A stretch of DNA of 64,000 bases. It comes from Trichoplax adhaerens. Taxonomy: Eukaryota > Animalia > Placozoa. The notes under the pieces were generated by a model, which saw nothing but the letters and a program-made list of their open reading frames with translations, did not search any database and was not told where the DNA came from. The position numbers were made by a program, and so were the translations under genes. The stretch is taken from the NCBI RefSeq assembly GCF_000150275.1, contig NW_002060966.1, positions 653,922 to 717,921 on the forward strand, read 5' to 3'. Positions 1 to 11,244 of the stretch are shown here, in pieces (positions within the stretch are counted from its first letter, which is position 1; each line of letters opens with the position of its first letter).

Positions 1-1
1 G

Positions 2-1240
2 CGTTGTTTCTGCAATGCCATCCTTAGCATCGGCTATCAATAGACGCCGTGGTCCCGATATTTCGTCTTGAATATTTAAACATTGTTTAAAGTTATCCAT
101 GGCAAGTTTAAACTTCTCTTTTTCTAAATTTGCTTTTCCGATCTTGTAATAAGCTTTACATAATTCAAATTTATCACCATTTTTACGCTTGGCAAATTTA
201 ACAGCTAAATGATAATAACGTCCTGACGCCCTAAAACGATCATATTTGCCTTCTTTGTCTTTTCCAACCTTAGGTTTGACTATTCGGTAGCAAATGTCAC
301 CTAACATGTTATTAATTCTGGCTATATATCCGTGATCTTCGCATTTTGTTTTTTTCTTGATTTTTTGTAAAATAATATATTGCTTTTTGGCATCGTCTAA
401 TTGATCAGAAGCAAAGAAAGCATAGCCCAAAGATTCTCTTGAGTTCACAATATGCCAACTGTTTTTCTTAAAAGCTCTCTCTTTAATTTTGTGAGACTTT
501 TTCAAGCTCTTTGTGGCTAAACGAAAACTCCCCTGCAAAGATAAAATATAACCAATAGTATCGTAAAGCAAAGCCATTTCGACGGACTTTTTCACTTTCG
601 TTGATAAAGAATTTTCCAGTTTATTGACTAGGGACTCTAAATAACTTCCATTTTGAAGTTGTTGAAGATCAAACGTGTTTAGAGGGGAGGAATTTTGAGT
701 AATTTCCGTCAAGCTATTTTGCATGTTTCCTATTTGTTGATTTAACGACTCCAAATAAGCAGATAGAGCATCTTCATATTTAAATTGCAATGTATAAACG
801 TTAGCAATGCCATTCTTAAGGAGAGTTAATAAATTATGTGGCTGGTCACAATCTAAATGTTCAATCGCATCTTTAAATTCTCTTATAGCTTCATTATGCT
901 GTTCCTTTTTTAAGAAAACATTACCCATTATATAAGAGGATTCAGCACGTAGAGACCGCGAAAGATTGGTATTTGGAGGCAATATATCTCTCAAATCTTT
1001 GAAAAGGTTTATGACTTCATGAAGTTTATGCAGCTGAAATTTAGACTTCATTAAACCAATTAGACTTCTGTATGTAAGAGTCATGAATTTGTCAATATTC
1101 CTAACTTCCAATCTACCCTTGATACACTCGCCTACATCATCATAATTCTTTATGGCATGATCATAGCTTCCATTGTCATAGAATTTGTCTCCTTCGTCAA
1201 GTTTTTTTATCAATTCTTCGTGTAGTAAATTATCCGCCAT
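2..1240 (-). CDS. TPR-repeat protein/exon of the TPR-ROCO family (runs off the window start)
   Basis: Not in the ORF track. Manual translation from the ATG at 1240 (an in-frame ATG also lies at 1261) gives MADNLLHEELIKKLDEGDKFYDNGSYDHAIK...LIGLMKSKFQLH...MALLYDTIG...AFFASDQLDDAKK...RRLLIADAKDGIAE, open to the window edge. It is a clear paralogue of the TPR ORFs at 18721 and 58738. Confidence 0.85.
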   Translation of the reverse strand, partial: MADNLLHEELIKKLDEGDKFYDNGSYDHAIKNYDDVGECIKGRLEVRNIDKFMTLTYRSLIGLMKSKFQLHKLHEVINLFKDLRDILPPNTNLSRSLRAESSYIMGNVFLKKEQHNEAIREFKDAIEHLDCDQPHNLLTLLKNGIANVYTLQFKYEDALSAYLESLNQQIGNMQNSLTEITQNSSPLNTFDLQQLQNGSYLESLVNKLENSLSTKVKKSVEMALLYDTIGYILSLQGSFRLATKSLKKSHKIKERAFKKNSWHIVNSRESLGYAFFASDQLDDAKKQYIILQKIKKKTKCEDHGYIARINNMLGDICYRIVKPKVGKDKEGKYDRFRASGRYYHLAVKFAKRKNGDKFELCKAYYKIGKANLEKEKFKLAMDNFKQCLNIQDEISGPRRLLIADAKDGIAETT

Positions 1241-1754
1241 TTTGGCTGTTTTATCTTGCATAAATTAAAACAATTTCTTAATTTAGCAAGAAGAATATGC
1301 GATAGTACTGTATGTATGATAGGATTCCTTACCAAACATACTAAATCATTCAATCATAATTTAGTCCTAGCACCCCCCCCCCTTTCAATTTGGCTGTATA
1401 CGCTAAGAGCAATGTAGACATACTCGCTACAGGATAACGGAAATCAATTTTTTCCTTTAACTATAAGCATGCTTCCCGCCTTTTATTTATTTAATTAATT
1501 AATAACGGAAGAGCCCACAACAGCACAATCTACGCGTGCGTCACCCTTTTGTGTTAAGGTTTGGATCGAAATTGAACTTTGTATTGTAGCAATGTAATTT
1601 TCTAACTCAATTTTAACTCTCAATTCACTTTTTTAATGATTTTGATTGCAATATTTCAATTCTAATTCATCTAAGGCATCGATTGATAGCGAATTGATAT
1701 CTCATCAAGTTGAAAAGTTAGGTTTTGATATCTTATTTTCAAATGCCAGGAAAT

Positions 1755-1862
1755 ACAGTACTGTACTTTCAGTATTCACATTACAGTGGAATACTGTATA
1801 CCGTACGCTACAATATACTGTACTGTACTGTACTGTACTCAGTGTACAGTACTGTACTGTAT
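1755..1862. repeat. (TACTG/CAGTA)n pentanucleotide simple repeat
   Basis: Sequence reads tactgtactgtactgtactgtact...cagtactgtactgt. It explains the spurious ORFs 1646..1996 and 1725..1913. Confidence 0.8.
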
Positions 1863-3952
1863 ATCGTCAAACAAGAAACCTTGTCAGATGGACGGACGTT
1901 TCTTACCAACTGAGGCCATCTAGAGCGATAAATGTCTACTTACAAAGTTGCAGTAGTATGGATATTCTGTGCCTGTCCTTTAAATCACGGCACTAATTGA
2001 AATCACATCGAATAATCTTATATAACTGTTTCCAAGCGGAAATTGGTGACGAATAATGAGATTCAACGTAGTATTACTTAATTTAGTAAAAAATTAGTCA
2101 ATTTAAAATCGACAGTGCATAACCAAAGAACTTTCATAACGAAATTGTTCAGTCGGGTGTTCTTCTAGTAGTCCATGACTATATATACTATAAAATGGCA
2201 TGGATTACTAGATACTATACCTACAGTGGTGGTCTTTGACCGAGGTTAGTTCTAGTGCATGGTAGATCACTTTATTAAATATGCATGCGAAAATAATATG
2301 GCGGCGTATTTACTTCTTTAGTATAGCGTTTATAGATTTTCATGGAATAAGTTGTTAATATCAAGACTTTCGCACGTCTAAAGGCGATGATGACCTTATA
2401 AATTTACTGCTTGCGCTAAGTAATTCTTTTTGTCCGATATACCGTATGACATACAATTTTACACGTTTTAGAGAAGCTACTCGTTTGAATTCGATAGACG
2501 ACGGCCAGAACGATTTATGTTAAATTATATTTGATTATTCTGCTCGCGTACATGCAAGTGTAAAAAAACAAGTGTAATTTGCAATAGAGGACGCAGCAAT
2601 AGTTCTTATGCAATCAAAAAATCACTGGATGTTACTTAGTGACATGTGAGGACTAAAAATATAATTTCTAGATGTCAGAGAGGTTTATTCGCTACTTTTT
2701 ATCTAGCATTATAAGAATACAGTATGTGTCGAATCAAATGCATCATTTGCTAACATCGTACCTCATAAATAGCTAGTTATATTTAACAACTCTAACTGAA
2801 TCACCAAACTGTACAACTTCATAAAATAATTGGTCATGCCATCCATCACTTCAGTACTAAATCCTAAGGTGCTATAGAGTAAGCAATAATTAAAACATTT
2901 CCACTAATTGCACTAATTCAGATCGATTCTACCTTATTATTCACTTTGGTTAACAAAAATTTATCTGATTATTTATGTCACTATTAAGATGATATCCAGT
3001 AATATCATATTAACCGAATATTTAAAAGAATGTGTACATTAAGTATGTGAGACATGTATAATTGCACCGTATGTGCCGAAAACAAAGATCAAGTAACATT
3101 ATTAAATCCATACTCGGATATGGTGGTATTGCGATCTAAATTTGTTACGTGAGAAAAAATTACTACGGCAAACTAACACTACAACTTTACCATCAGGCTT
3201 GTCTTTCCCGACATCTACGTATATTATGATTCTAAATGACGACGATAGCTGATTTTTAGGAGGCACAGTAGCGCCTTTATTCTCTTTAGGCAAAACGGAA
3301 TCGAACTTTATCGATAAAACAGTCAATTTTAAGTTCAATTTCATCAATTTACGTATCTATGCACTTATCTATTAAAAACACGCAAGACGTCATAGATAAA
3401 TTAATGCCAACATAATCCTAGATGAGCAACCTTATCGAAAATATATTACAGAAGCCATGATCAAGTTACTTCGTAACAGGTTATCGAGTTCACTTTACGC
3501 ATCCATTTAATTATAAGTTATTTTCCTCCGTAATCAAGAAAAAAAACAGACTATGGCTGCAATTATTACACAAATCCAAAGTTATTAACTTCATCATGGC
3601 ATCATTCAAGTAACGTAGATGAAATTTTCTGCTACGTAACTTATGTAGATGAATTCTAAGAGCTAACCTTCATTAAGCTACATAGGTACTGTTGTGTATT
3701 ACTATCTAGAGTTAATACTAACAACCGTATTGAATGTTCGTACTACTCTCAATAAGCATCGAAGACAAGAGGTTGTACAGTGTACATGTAGTTGAAGTTA
3801 TTGTAAAATTAACAACTAACTCCTATTCTCTCTTTATTGTACTGAAAAGCGACGACTTATATACCTACGCCGTTCACACTTACAAGGCATTATAATTACA
3901 GGTTTGAATAAGCAGGTAATATTATTTCAACACTTGAATTCTTCGAACTTAC

Positions 3953-4252
3953 GTTTCATTCTTTTTCCTAAAGTGTTTAATGAACGTGCAGGGGATATTT
4001 CTAATGCGTCACAAACTACTAAAAAATCGTAATCGTCACGAGTTAAAAGGATTTCCATTAAAGCTACAGATCGATCAGCTGGATTTTGCATTCCATTTAT
4101 ATTCTCAATTTTTGCCGATGTTAAGACACTCTCGCGTCGTAAAATTTGCTTGATTTCGTCATATGGATTTTTTCTCTCAAAATCTTTACGACAATACTCT
4201 AGTGCAAGCCGAGTTGCGCCGCAAAAAGAGTGTGGACTATAAGGATTTTCAT
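3953..4252 (-). CDS. CARD (death-fold) exon, phase 1-1, unit 1
   Basis: ttctag|AT GAA...ATG AAA C|gtaagt, 300 nt open: ENPYSPHSFCGATRLALEYCRKDFERKNPYDEIKQILRRESVLTSAKIENINGMQNPADRSVALMEILLTRDDYDFLVVCDALEISPARSLNTLGKRMK. Helical CARD-like pattern, homologous to 50301..50684. Read-through would stop at 3927. Missed by the ORF track. Confidence 0.75.
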
Positions 4253-4451
4253 CTAGAAATATTACAGTAGACTAGTAAGATGAATTTTATACATGCCTTG
4301 TGAGAATTTAGCTAGTAACTTTAGCTATCAGCTCAACTATAAAAATGTAACTATTGCTAATCGTAATTTTTTAAGACTTGGAGAAAGAGAATGACCGCAC
4401 CAGCTAGTTTGCTTATAAAGGTGTGAATAAATGTCTTACGTCATTATATAC

Positions 4452-4899
4452 TGTGTCACAAATCCCACTTGTGATTTGGTTAGGTCAGGTGCTATAGTAA
4501 TTGTGTATGTCTTCCACTAACTTGGAAGTCTTCTTCTCAGGGAAAACTAACTCTTTCCTCACAGTCACACAACTACTCAGGTTTCTTTCAGACCACTAGC
4601 ACTTTTTATTCACCAGTCATTTGGTTCCTAGTCTCTACTAGTTCGTCCTAGCCCGGAGCGACTACTGCCGGCAGATGGCAATTCGCTCGGCCTTTTATAC
4701 AATCCCCACTCGTTTGTGGGGCATACTAGTAAATTGCTCCTTCCACAAATTGTATAAGTTACTATAGGGAATTATTCCCAGACAATTAACATGACTTAGT
4801 AGGAGCTTGGATAGTAAACAACACTAATGAAAAACAGCCAATTAGCGAGCCTGAGCTCAGCACCAATACAAGTAATTAATTATTGGAGCAGTTATAACA
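4452..4899. mobile_element. Inserted repeat (possible LTR fragment)
   Basis: Absent from the duplicated flank at about 5660-5690. Shares the motifs gtaaacaacactaatga and ctcagcac with the element at 41510-42130. No clear TSD. Confidence 0.4.
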
Positions 4900-5197
4900 A
4901 CTACCATAACGATCGAAAAGAAAAAAAAGCTCTGATCTTGATTTAGTCTATAACAATCGCTGTAACTAATCTATAACTATCACATATAGAATTATTGAAA
5001 TAAAGGCAATGTACTATCTAAACTAAAAAATTAATGTCGTAAAGTTCTGGACTGATATCAATAAGATGCATATTTAATTTCCGTTGTAATTCAGAATATT
5101 GGATATGGAATAACAACAGAAATTAAACTCATTTTTTTAGCACTAAAACGTATCCTAGCTTTTACGGACTGCGATCAAAACGTTTGTAGCAACTGCA

Positions 5198-5464
5198 CTA
5201 ACCATTCGTGGAATCTAATCGTTCAAGAGATGGCTTGGAATCCTTTAGAAATCTCCAACAATCCTCCCTTAAAGCCTCAGATCGATAAGTTGTATTTTGT
5301 TTTCCATTTATATTCTCAGCTTCTGCCGGAATTAAGACAAACTCGCGTCGCAAAGTTTGCCTTGTTTCGTCATATGAATTTTTTCTTTCAAATTCTGCAC
5401 GACAATACTCTAATGCAAGAGGTGTTACGTTGCTTATAAGAGGGTGGGCTATCTCAATTTTCAT
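5198..5464 (-). pseudogene. Degenerate chimeric CARD/linker exon
   Basis: 5' part duplicates the 3953..4252 CARD exon (LALEYCRAEFERKNSYDE). 3' part matches the end of linker exon 5996..6172 (DSKPSLERLDSTN G|gttagt). Phase-1 reading hits TGA at codon 4 and a +1 frameshift. Confidence 0.65.
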
Positions 5465-5995
5465 CTAGAAATATTACAGTAGACGGATAAGATATATCTT
5501 ATACATGCCCTATGAGAATTTAGCTTGCAATTTTAGCTATCAGCTTCATCTACAAAAATGTGACTATTGCAAATCATAATTCTTTAAGACTTGTAGAAAG
5601 AGAATGACAGTACCAGCTAGTTCGCTCAAAAAAAAGTATAAACAAATGTCTTACGTTAATATACACCGATAAAATACTTCTTTATAACAACTACCATAAC
5701 GATCGAAAAAAAAAACACAAAGCGGTAATCTTGACTTAGTCTATAACAATCGCTGTAAAATATGTAGGACCACCACATATAAAATTATGGAAATGAAGGC
5801 AATGTACTATCTAAATTGAAAAATTAAAGTCGTAAATTTCGCTATTTATATCAATAAGATGCTTTTTTAATTTCTGTTGTAATTCATAATGTTGGACATG
5901 GAATAACAACAGAAATTAAACTCATTTTTTTAGCACTAAAACGTATCCTAACTATTATGGGCCGCGATCAAAACGTTTGTGGTAACTGTACTAAC

Positions 5996-6172
5996 CATTC
6001 GTGGAGTCTAATCGTCCACGAGCTGCCTTGGAATCCTCTGATGAAGAATCAAGCTGATTTCGCTTCCTTTTAGTACCACAAAATGGTGATGTTGATTTTA
6101 AATTTTCGCCGCTATTTTGCTGTAAAGAGCTGTCAGCGATGGAATCGTAATCAGACTGATTTTCGTCTTCTC
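5996..6172 (-). CDS. Acidic/basic linker exon (type c), phase 1-1
   Basis: ttacag|GA GAA GAC GAA AAT...GTKRKRNQ...TCC ACG AAT G|gttagt, 177 nt open. Homologues at 51105..51254 (-) and 40968..41159 (+). Confidence 0.65.
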
Positions 6173-6694
6173 CTGTAATACAGGTTCATTTAGATATTAT
6201 TATATTATCATTATCCCCGTAATTATTAAATAAAATTAAAGACGAAAGAATAGTTGAAACGAACATACGTCTATGAAAGCAAACAATAAATAGTATTTGT
6301 TACGGAGTTAGACTCATACGAATATAGAATATATGACTTTCACTTTCATATATTTGGCTCTCTAGCAATTAGGCGTTTATTATGATGTATTCAGTAAATA
6401 TTTAATTCATAAATGAATTAGATATTATTTTAATGATCTATGGAGTATTAGATAATGATACTTTATAAAGAAAAGGTTGAGAGATTGAAACATGTAGTAG
6501 AAAATAGCTAGAAATTTCTTCCGATTTTTATCCAAACAAAAATAACTCTTTGTTGAATGAAATTACCGATTCATATCAAATTGCGACCAATTATTAGAAA
6601 GCGTTTAATTACAGTTATGACATACGCGTATGTGTAAATTTGTAATAATTGGTGAGAGTTGTGACGTATAAGTGAACTTGCAAATAATTGTAAC

Positions 6695-7175
6695 TGTAGT
6701 GCAGCCCCAAATGTAACTTAGATACTATTATAAGACTGTACGAGAATAACTTAACTTGTAAGCTAGAGTGTAAGATTGTGTAATAGTCTATTTGTAGAAG
6801 ATGTTTACAGTATGTATTGTAGCGAATCTATTAAGATGTTTATATAAAGATCTGAGATATAAATAGATTTGCGCTAAGTATGTTAGTACTGTAAGTATTG
6901 TATTGTAATGCTTAAAATAGACGCGCGAATTATGAATAGATTGCGCGATAGTAAATTTAGATCTAATCTTGCGACTTAATGGGCAAGATAAGATTTGTTA
7001 CAGTAAAAGCATTCTGCAACTAATCGTATATAAATCGTGAATTTTGCTGTAATAAGTAGATTGTCAGATAGTCAGATAGTCCTTGGTACTTAGACGAACC
7101 TAACTTCTGTAATAAAGTGAAATTTGCAAGAAACTGTAGTTCTTGATTTATTGTTTTGAAGATCACTTTATCACA
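6695..7175. mobile_element. Solo LTR, family A
   Basis: Starts TGT, ends ACA, flanked by the 5-bp TSD GTAAC. Inverted homologues at 35336..35661 and about 37826..38308. Confidence 0.75.
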
Positions 7176-7401
7176 GTAACTGATGAGAGTTATGATATAC
7201 GAGTAAATTTATAAAACTCATAACTGATGAAAGTTATCATGTATGAGTAAATTTGCAATAATTATAACTAACGATATTCATGATATTATCTCAATACTCT
7301 ATATCTGATTGCATGGTTTCAAGAATTAAGCTATGTTCATTCTATTATTGAGGTGCTATTGCTGTTAGAAGAATAATGGATATTGAGTTTTTTGTACATA
7401 C

Positions 7402-7530
7402 TATCAGCCGACGATTTAGCAGTATCTTCTGCATCACATGTTGATAATGTTGATGGATCAGGAGAAGTGCTTTCTTGATTCAATAAAGTTGATTTGATGT
7501 CGTTACAAGGCAAACGCGACGAAAATAATA
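7402..7530 (-). CDS. Ser-rich linker exon (type a), unit 1
   Basis: ctgtag|TA TTA TTT TCG TCG CGT TTG CCT...GCT GAT A|gtatgt, 129 nt. Homologous to 30290..30493 and 52327..52532. Confidence 0.55.
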
Positions 7531-8107
7531 CTACAGAAAGGTATAGAAATTATAATTAGACATTGTAGATTGGATTCTTCTTGAACTATAAAGCGCCAAT
7601 TAGCTTAAATATTAACCTTGCAATAGTATCTCATAAGTATATAGTAGAAACTTTTATATTTAATTTTAGTTGCACGATATTGTTTTTGGCTCTGTCTGTA
7701 ATGTCTAGGTACCAACTGCCTTGATAAAGCATTAGCAATTTGCTAGCTGATACAGGCATTTAATTACAAATAGCACCGAAAACGTACTATTGTCTATGAA
7801 GTTATCACACGGCAGCCTAACATACTGCTATAATACACCTACTTCAATATTATTCGGTATGCAGTTTAAAGTAAGTAATAAATTGCCAATTATATTAATT
7901 CTCTAAACAGCTACAAACTGATCCTGCAACTTTTCAACCTTCAATCATATTTCATAGAGAAATCGTTTTAAGAAAGAACTTATCAAATTTAGTCTTAATC
8001 AAGAACTATAGCACTGCTAGCGATGACCATCTTAATGACTGACAAAAATTTCTTACTATATGAAGGATTTATTATTGAAACCTTCCGTTAACAAAGTTAG
8101 GAAACCA

Positions 8108-10284
8108 TTATACGAAATTACCTGAATTCCAGGCTTTCATATCGGCTAACTTAGGTTTGGCAAGGCATTTAACGTTAGTGCATGTGATTATTTGCTCTTC
8201 AACATAAATAGGAAAAGGGATCAATTGATCACATTTTAGGCAAGGAAAAAAATATCCACAGTCAATTTCTTGTCGTTCAGGGTGAACATCTTTCACAATT
8301 TTCGATAACATTGTTTTAAAATAAACATGTAATTGATCGTTACTTAATAGTTTTGAAATTTCTTCCAGTGTAATCTGGTCATCTTCTTTCGATTCATCTA
8401 CAGTTTCATAGTAATACTGAATTCTAATATGTGATCCGCTCTTTTCCACTATAATAGTATAATTACGATGTTTTGGTAAATACTTAGCACTATGATAATA
8501 TAATTCAACATCCAATTCTGATTGGGATGACAGTAAAAACTGATGAAAGATTTGATCTGTAATATATAGAGGTGAGTTTTTATCGAAACCGAGATAAAGC
8601 CAAGGTGATTGAAATCCGTATCTTAATTCGCTGTCTGCTTCTTTCTTACGTGATGATAACAAATGAGGAAAAAAATACTGTTCATTCATACTAGCTTTTA
8701 TGTCCTCCAGATTTCTTGAAGCTTTGTAAATTAAACGATTTCGTTCCATTACTTGTAGCAGAGAATCAATATCTTCTTCCATTAATGCTTCATGACTTAT
8801 TGCACACTTTACTGAGGCTTTAGTAACGATTCCATAATCCCTAGCCCATTTGCAATATTCCCTGCTCTTGCTACTACTGGCAAGATGACGTTGCTTATAA
8901 TTATCGACCAATGTAGAAATTTTGCGAAAGTTATCGTAAAACCAACTTAATTCTGTAACTATAAGACTATCAGTCTCACAGTATTGACTAAATATTATTT
9001 CTCCTATGCCGTGTAAAAATTTTAGAACGTTTATAATCTCACTCTGCTCCATCCGGTTTCTAGCTTTAGCGTAAACTTGTTCTAGTGTCTGAATATATTG
9101 CATACCGGTGGAATTCTGCTTATCTTGAGAATGGCTAATAATCCTATCAGATACTAGTATAGGATTATCGAATAATTCCGCCATTATGTACCATTTAAGT
9201 TTAATTTTCTGTTTGAAGAACGGAACGTCTAGGATACAATTTTGAATTTTTTCGCATAATTTGTTCCAGCTACTGCTATTGACCGTCTCCTCTAAATCTT
9301 TACTCTGATTTCCACCAACTGTATTGATTATTATTTCCGGAGAATAAAAGTGTGATTTATACTGTGGCATTTTCATATCCAACTCATCCATAAATTGACT
9401 TCGTCTAGTCCACTGCGCTTCTTCTGTTAATTTATCATCGCTATTAGTGGCAACAAATAGAATGATTGGCAATGGAATTTCGTCCTCTTGACTATCAATG
9501 CTAATATATAACTGATTCTCTTTTGTATTCCAATCAATTGCATTAATCAGCCATTCCTGAAATGAAGTCATATAATCATGGCGACCAACACCGTAATCAC
9601 TACTGACAATTTTATCCAGTTTGATGCTGACATCAAAAGGAGCAATGTAAACATTATGCTGAAATTTGAAGGGTTGATAGTAAGCGTGATTGTTAAAATT
9701 CCAAATTTTAGCAAACTGATTATCATGGTAATATTTACGACTCTGATGGAATTTCTGGAAACATCGCGAGAAAGACGGTGAAGATAAACTTTTAGTAGTT
9801 TCATTAAGCAGGCTGATAATATTGTCACTAGCTGTGGTGATTTCGTTATCATTATTATTAACGGGATAGTCTATATCGATGTTGTCAACTATAATTTTAT
9901 TACTACTAGAAATGGCAATTCTACTTTTATCACTAGGCTGATTGTTGCCTATTTCAAGAGTAGAAGAAAAAATTCTTTGTAATTCAGGGTTTGGTGATAT
10001 ATTCCCCTGCTTTTCTATGACTGATAATACTTTACTATCGATGAAAGATTGTCTGTCCAAAATAATTTTTTCGTCCGAATTACTTGCTTGTTTTATGGTA
10101 TCCAAGTTGATTAACACCGGAGTAGCATTAGGAGAACTTTCAGGTTGTTTAGTTAGTAATTTATATATAAAAGATTTGTCTTCATGATTTGGTCCAATAA
10201 GCATTATATTCGCAAAGTTATTTGAAAATTCACCACGATCAAGCGCTGTTTCAAAGGCTTCTTTAAATTCTCTTATCGCTGTCC
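8108..10284 (-). CDS. Roc-COR (ROCO family) terminal exon with C-terminal Cys-rich motif, unit 1; degenerate GTPase motifs
   Basis: ORF 8108..10204 extends upstream to the acceptor aatcag|GG ACA at 10284. P-loop-like LIGPNHEDKS, G3-like IWNFNNH, G4-like LFVATNSD. COR motifs LKFLHGIGEIIF, ELSWF and YFFPHLL. C-terminal CxxC...CxxxxC. Confidence 0.8.
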
Positions 10285-10634
10285 CTGATTTGAAATTTCA
10301 ATATTAGTCAAGAAATAAACGGGCTATCAAAATCGAAGCCCAAGTAGTTGTCTATTTTAGATTTTTAATTAGATTAGCAGTTTATCTAATTTCATTTGAA
10401 TAATACTGAATAGTATCGCACTTTATTTGATCAGCTAATCATTTAATTAAACAAACTATCATTATTAATGATATTTCTACCGTATTTAAAATTATAACAA
10501 GCAGGAATGAAGCTATTTCTATATCAGCCACTTGTATGCTGAACAAAAATTTGTTATATCAAATCAACATGTTGCAAGACCCAATAATTAGTCCATGAAC
10601 AAAGTGAAATGCGATGAATTGACTTTGTACTCAC

Positions 10635-11244
10635 TAGCTATGATTAAAATAGAGCTTTTGTCCCTAACTTCCACATTGGCGGATTTCCTTGCAGTAGTTT
10701 TTTGCTCGGATAATTCACTCTGGCTATGATCTATTGATTAGATAATAAAATACTGATTAACTTTCGTCATAAAATTATACAACCTTCATTAAGTAGTATT
10801 AATGAGTTGTATTACCTGATGATGATGAAGTTGCCAATTGTTCAGGTACCTTACTAGGATGGTATTTGCCTTTTGTCTTTAATGATATAAATGTTATACG
10901 ATTTGCCATTTGCTGCGAATAGCCTTTGTCTTCACTTTCCCTATACGCTTGAATTTTTGTACCTAAATTAAATTTCATTATTTCTAGTTAAATCTTTATA
11001 CTCGTCATATAAATGCAGATATTTGGCCGGAACTATGAACGGCCAGTTAATAAACATTAGCTATTCTAAATAGTATTTTGAAGTCTCGGCCTCAAATACG
11101 TCAGCATATATCGGCAATTATGTCTAATGCATTCGATTAAGTAATATCACTTATTAGCCGTACTATTTTTGTTATTCATAGGTAAAATATCAACTGTGGT
11201 ATCTTCTATATTAAAACTTTTATTATTTGTTACACTAGTGCTAC
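10635..11244 (-). CDS. Three linker exons joining TPR to Roc-COR: 11244..11164, 10962..10816, 10730..10635
   Basis: 81, 147 and 96 nt, all phase 1-1 and open, with AG/GT boundaries (gtacgg, gtaata, gtgagt). All three are conserved in unit 3; the 81- and 96-nt exons are conserved in unit 2. Confidence 0.7.

Noticed and set aside
1646-1996. ORFs 1646..1996 and 1725..1913
   Set aside because: Products of the TACTG simple repeat; no protein-like features.
3102-3347. Possible exon linking the unit 1 CARD exon to the TPR at 1240
   Set aside because: Has a phase-1 donor-like site but no convincing in-phase acceptor and no paralogous copy.
9568-10187. Recurrent short ORFs overlapping Roc-COR (also 31999..32639 and 55444..56063)
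   Set aside because: Antisense or alternate-frame shadows; they recur only because the host exon is duplicated.
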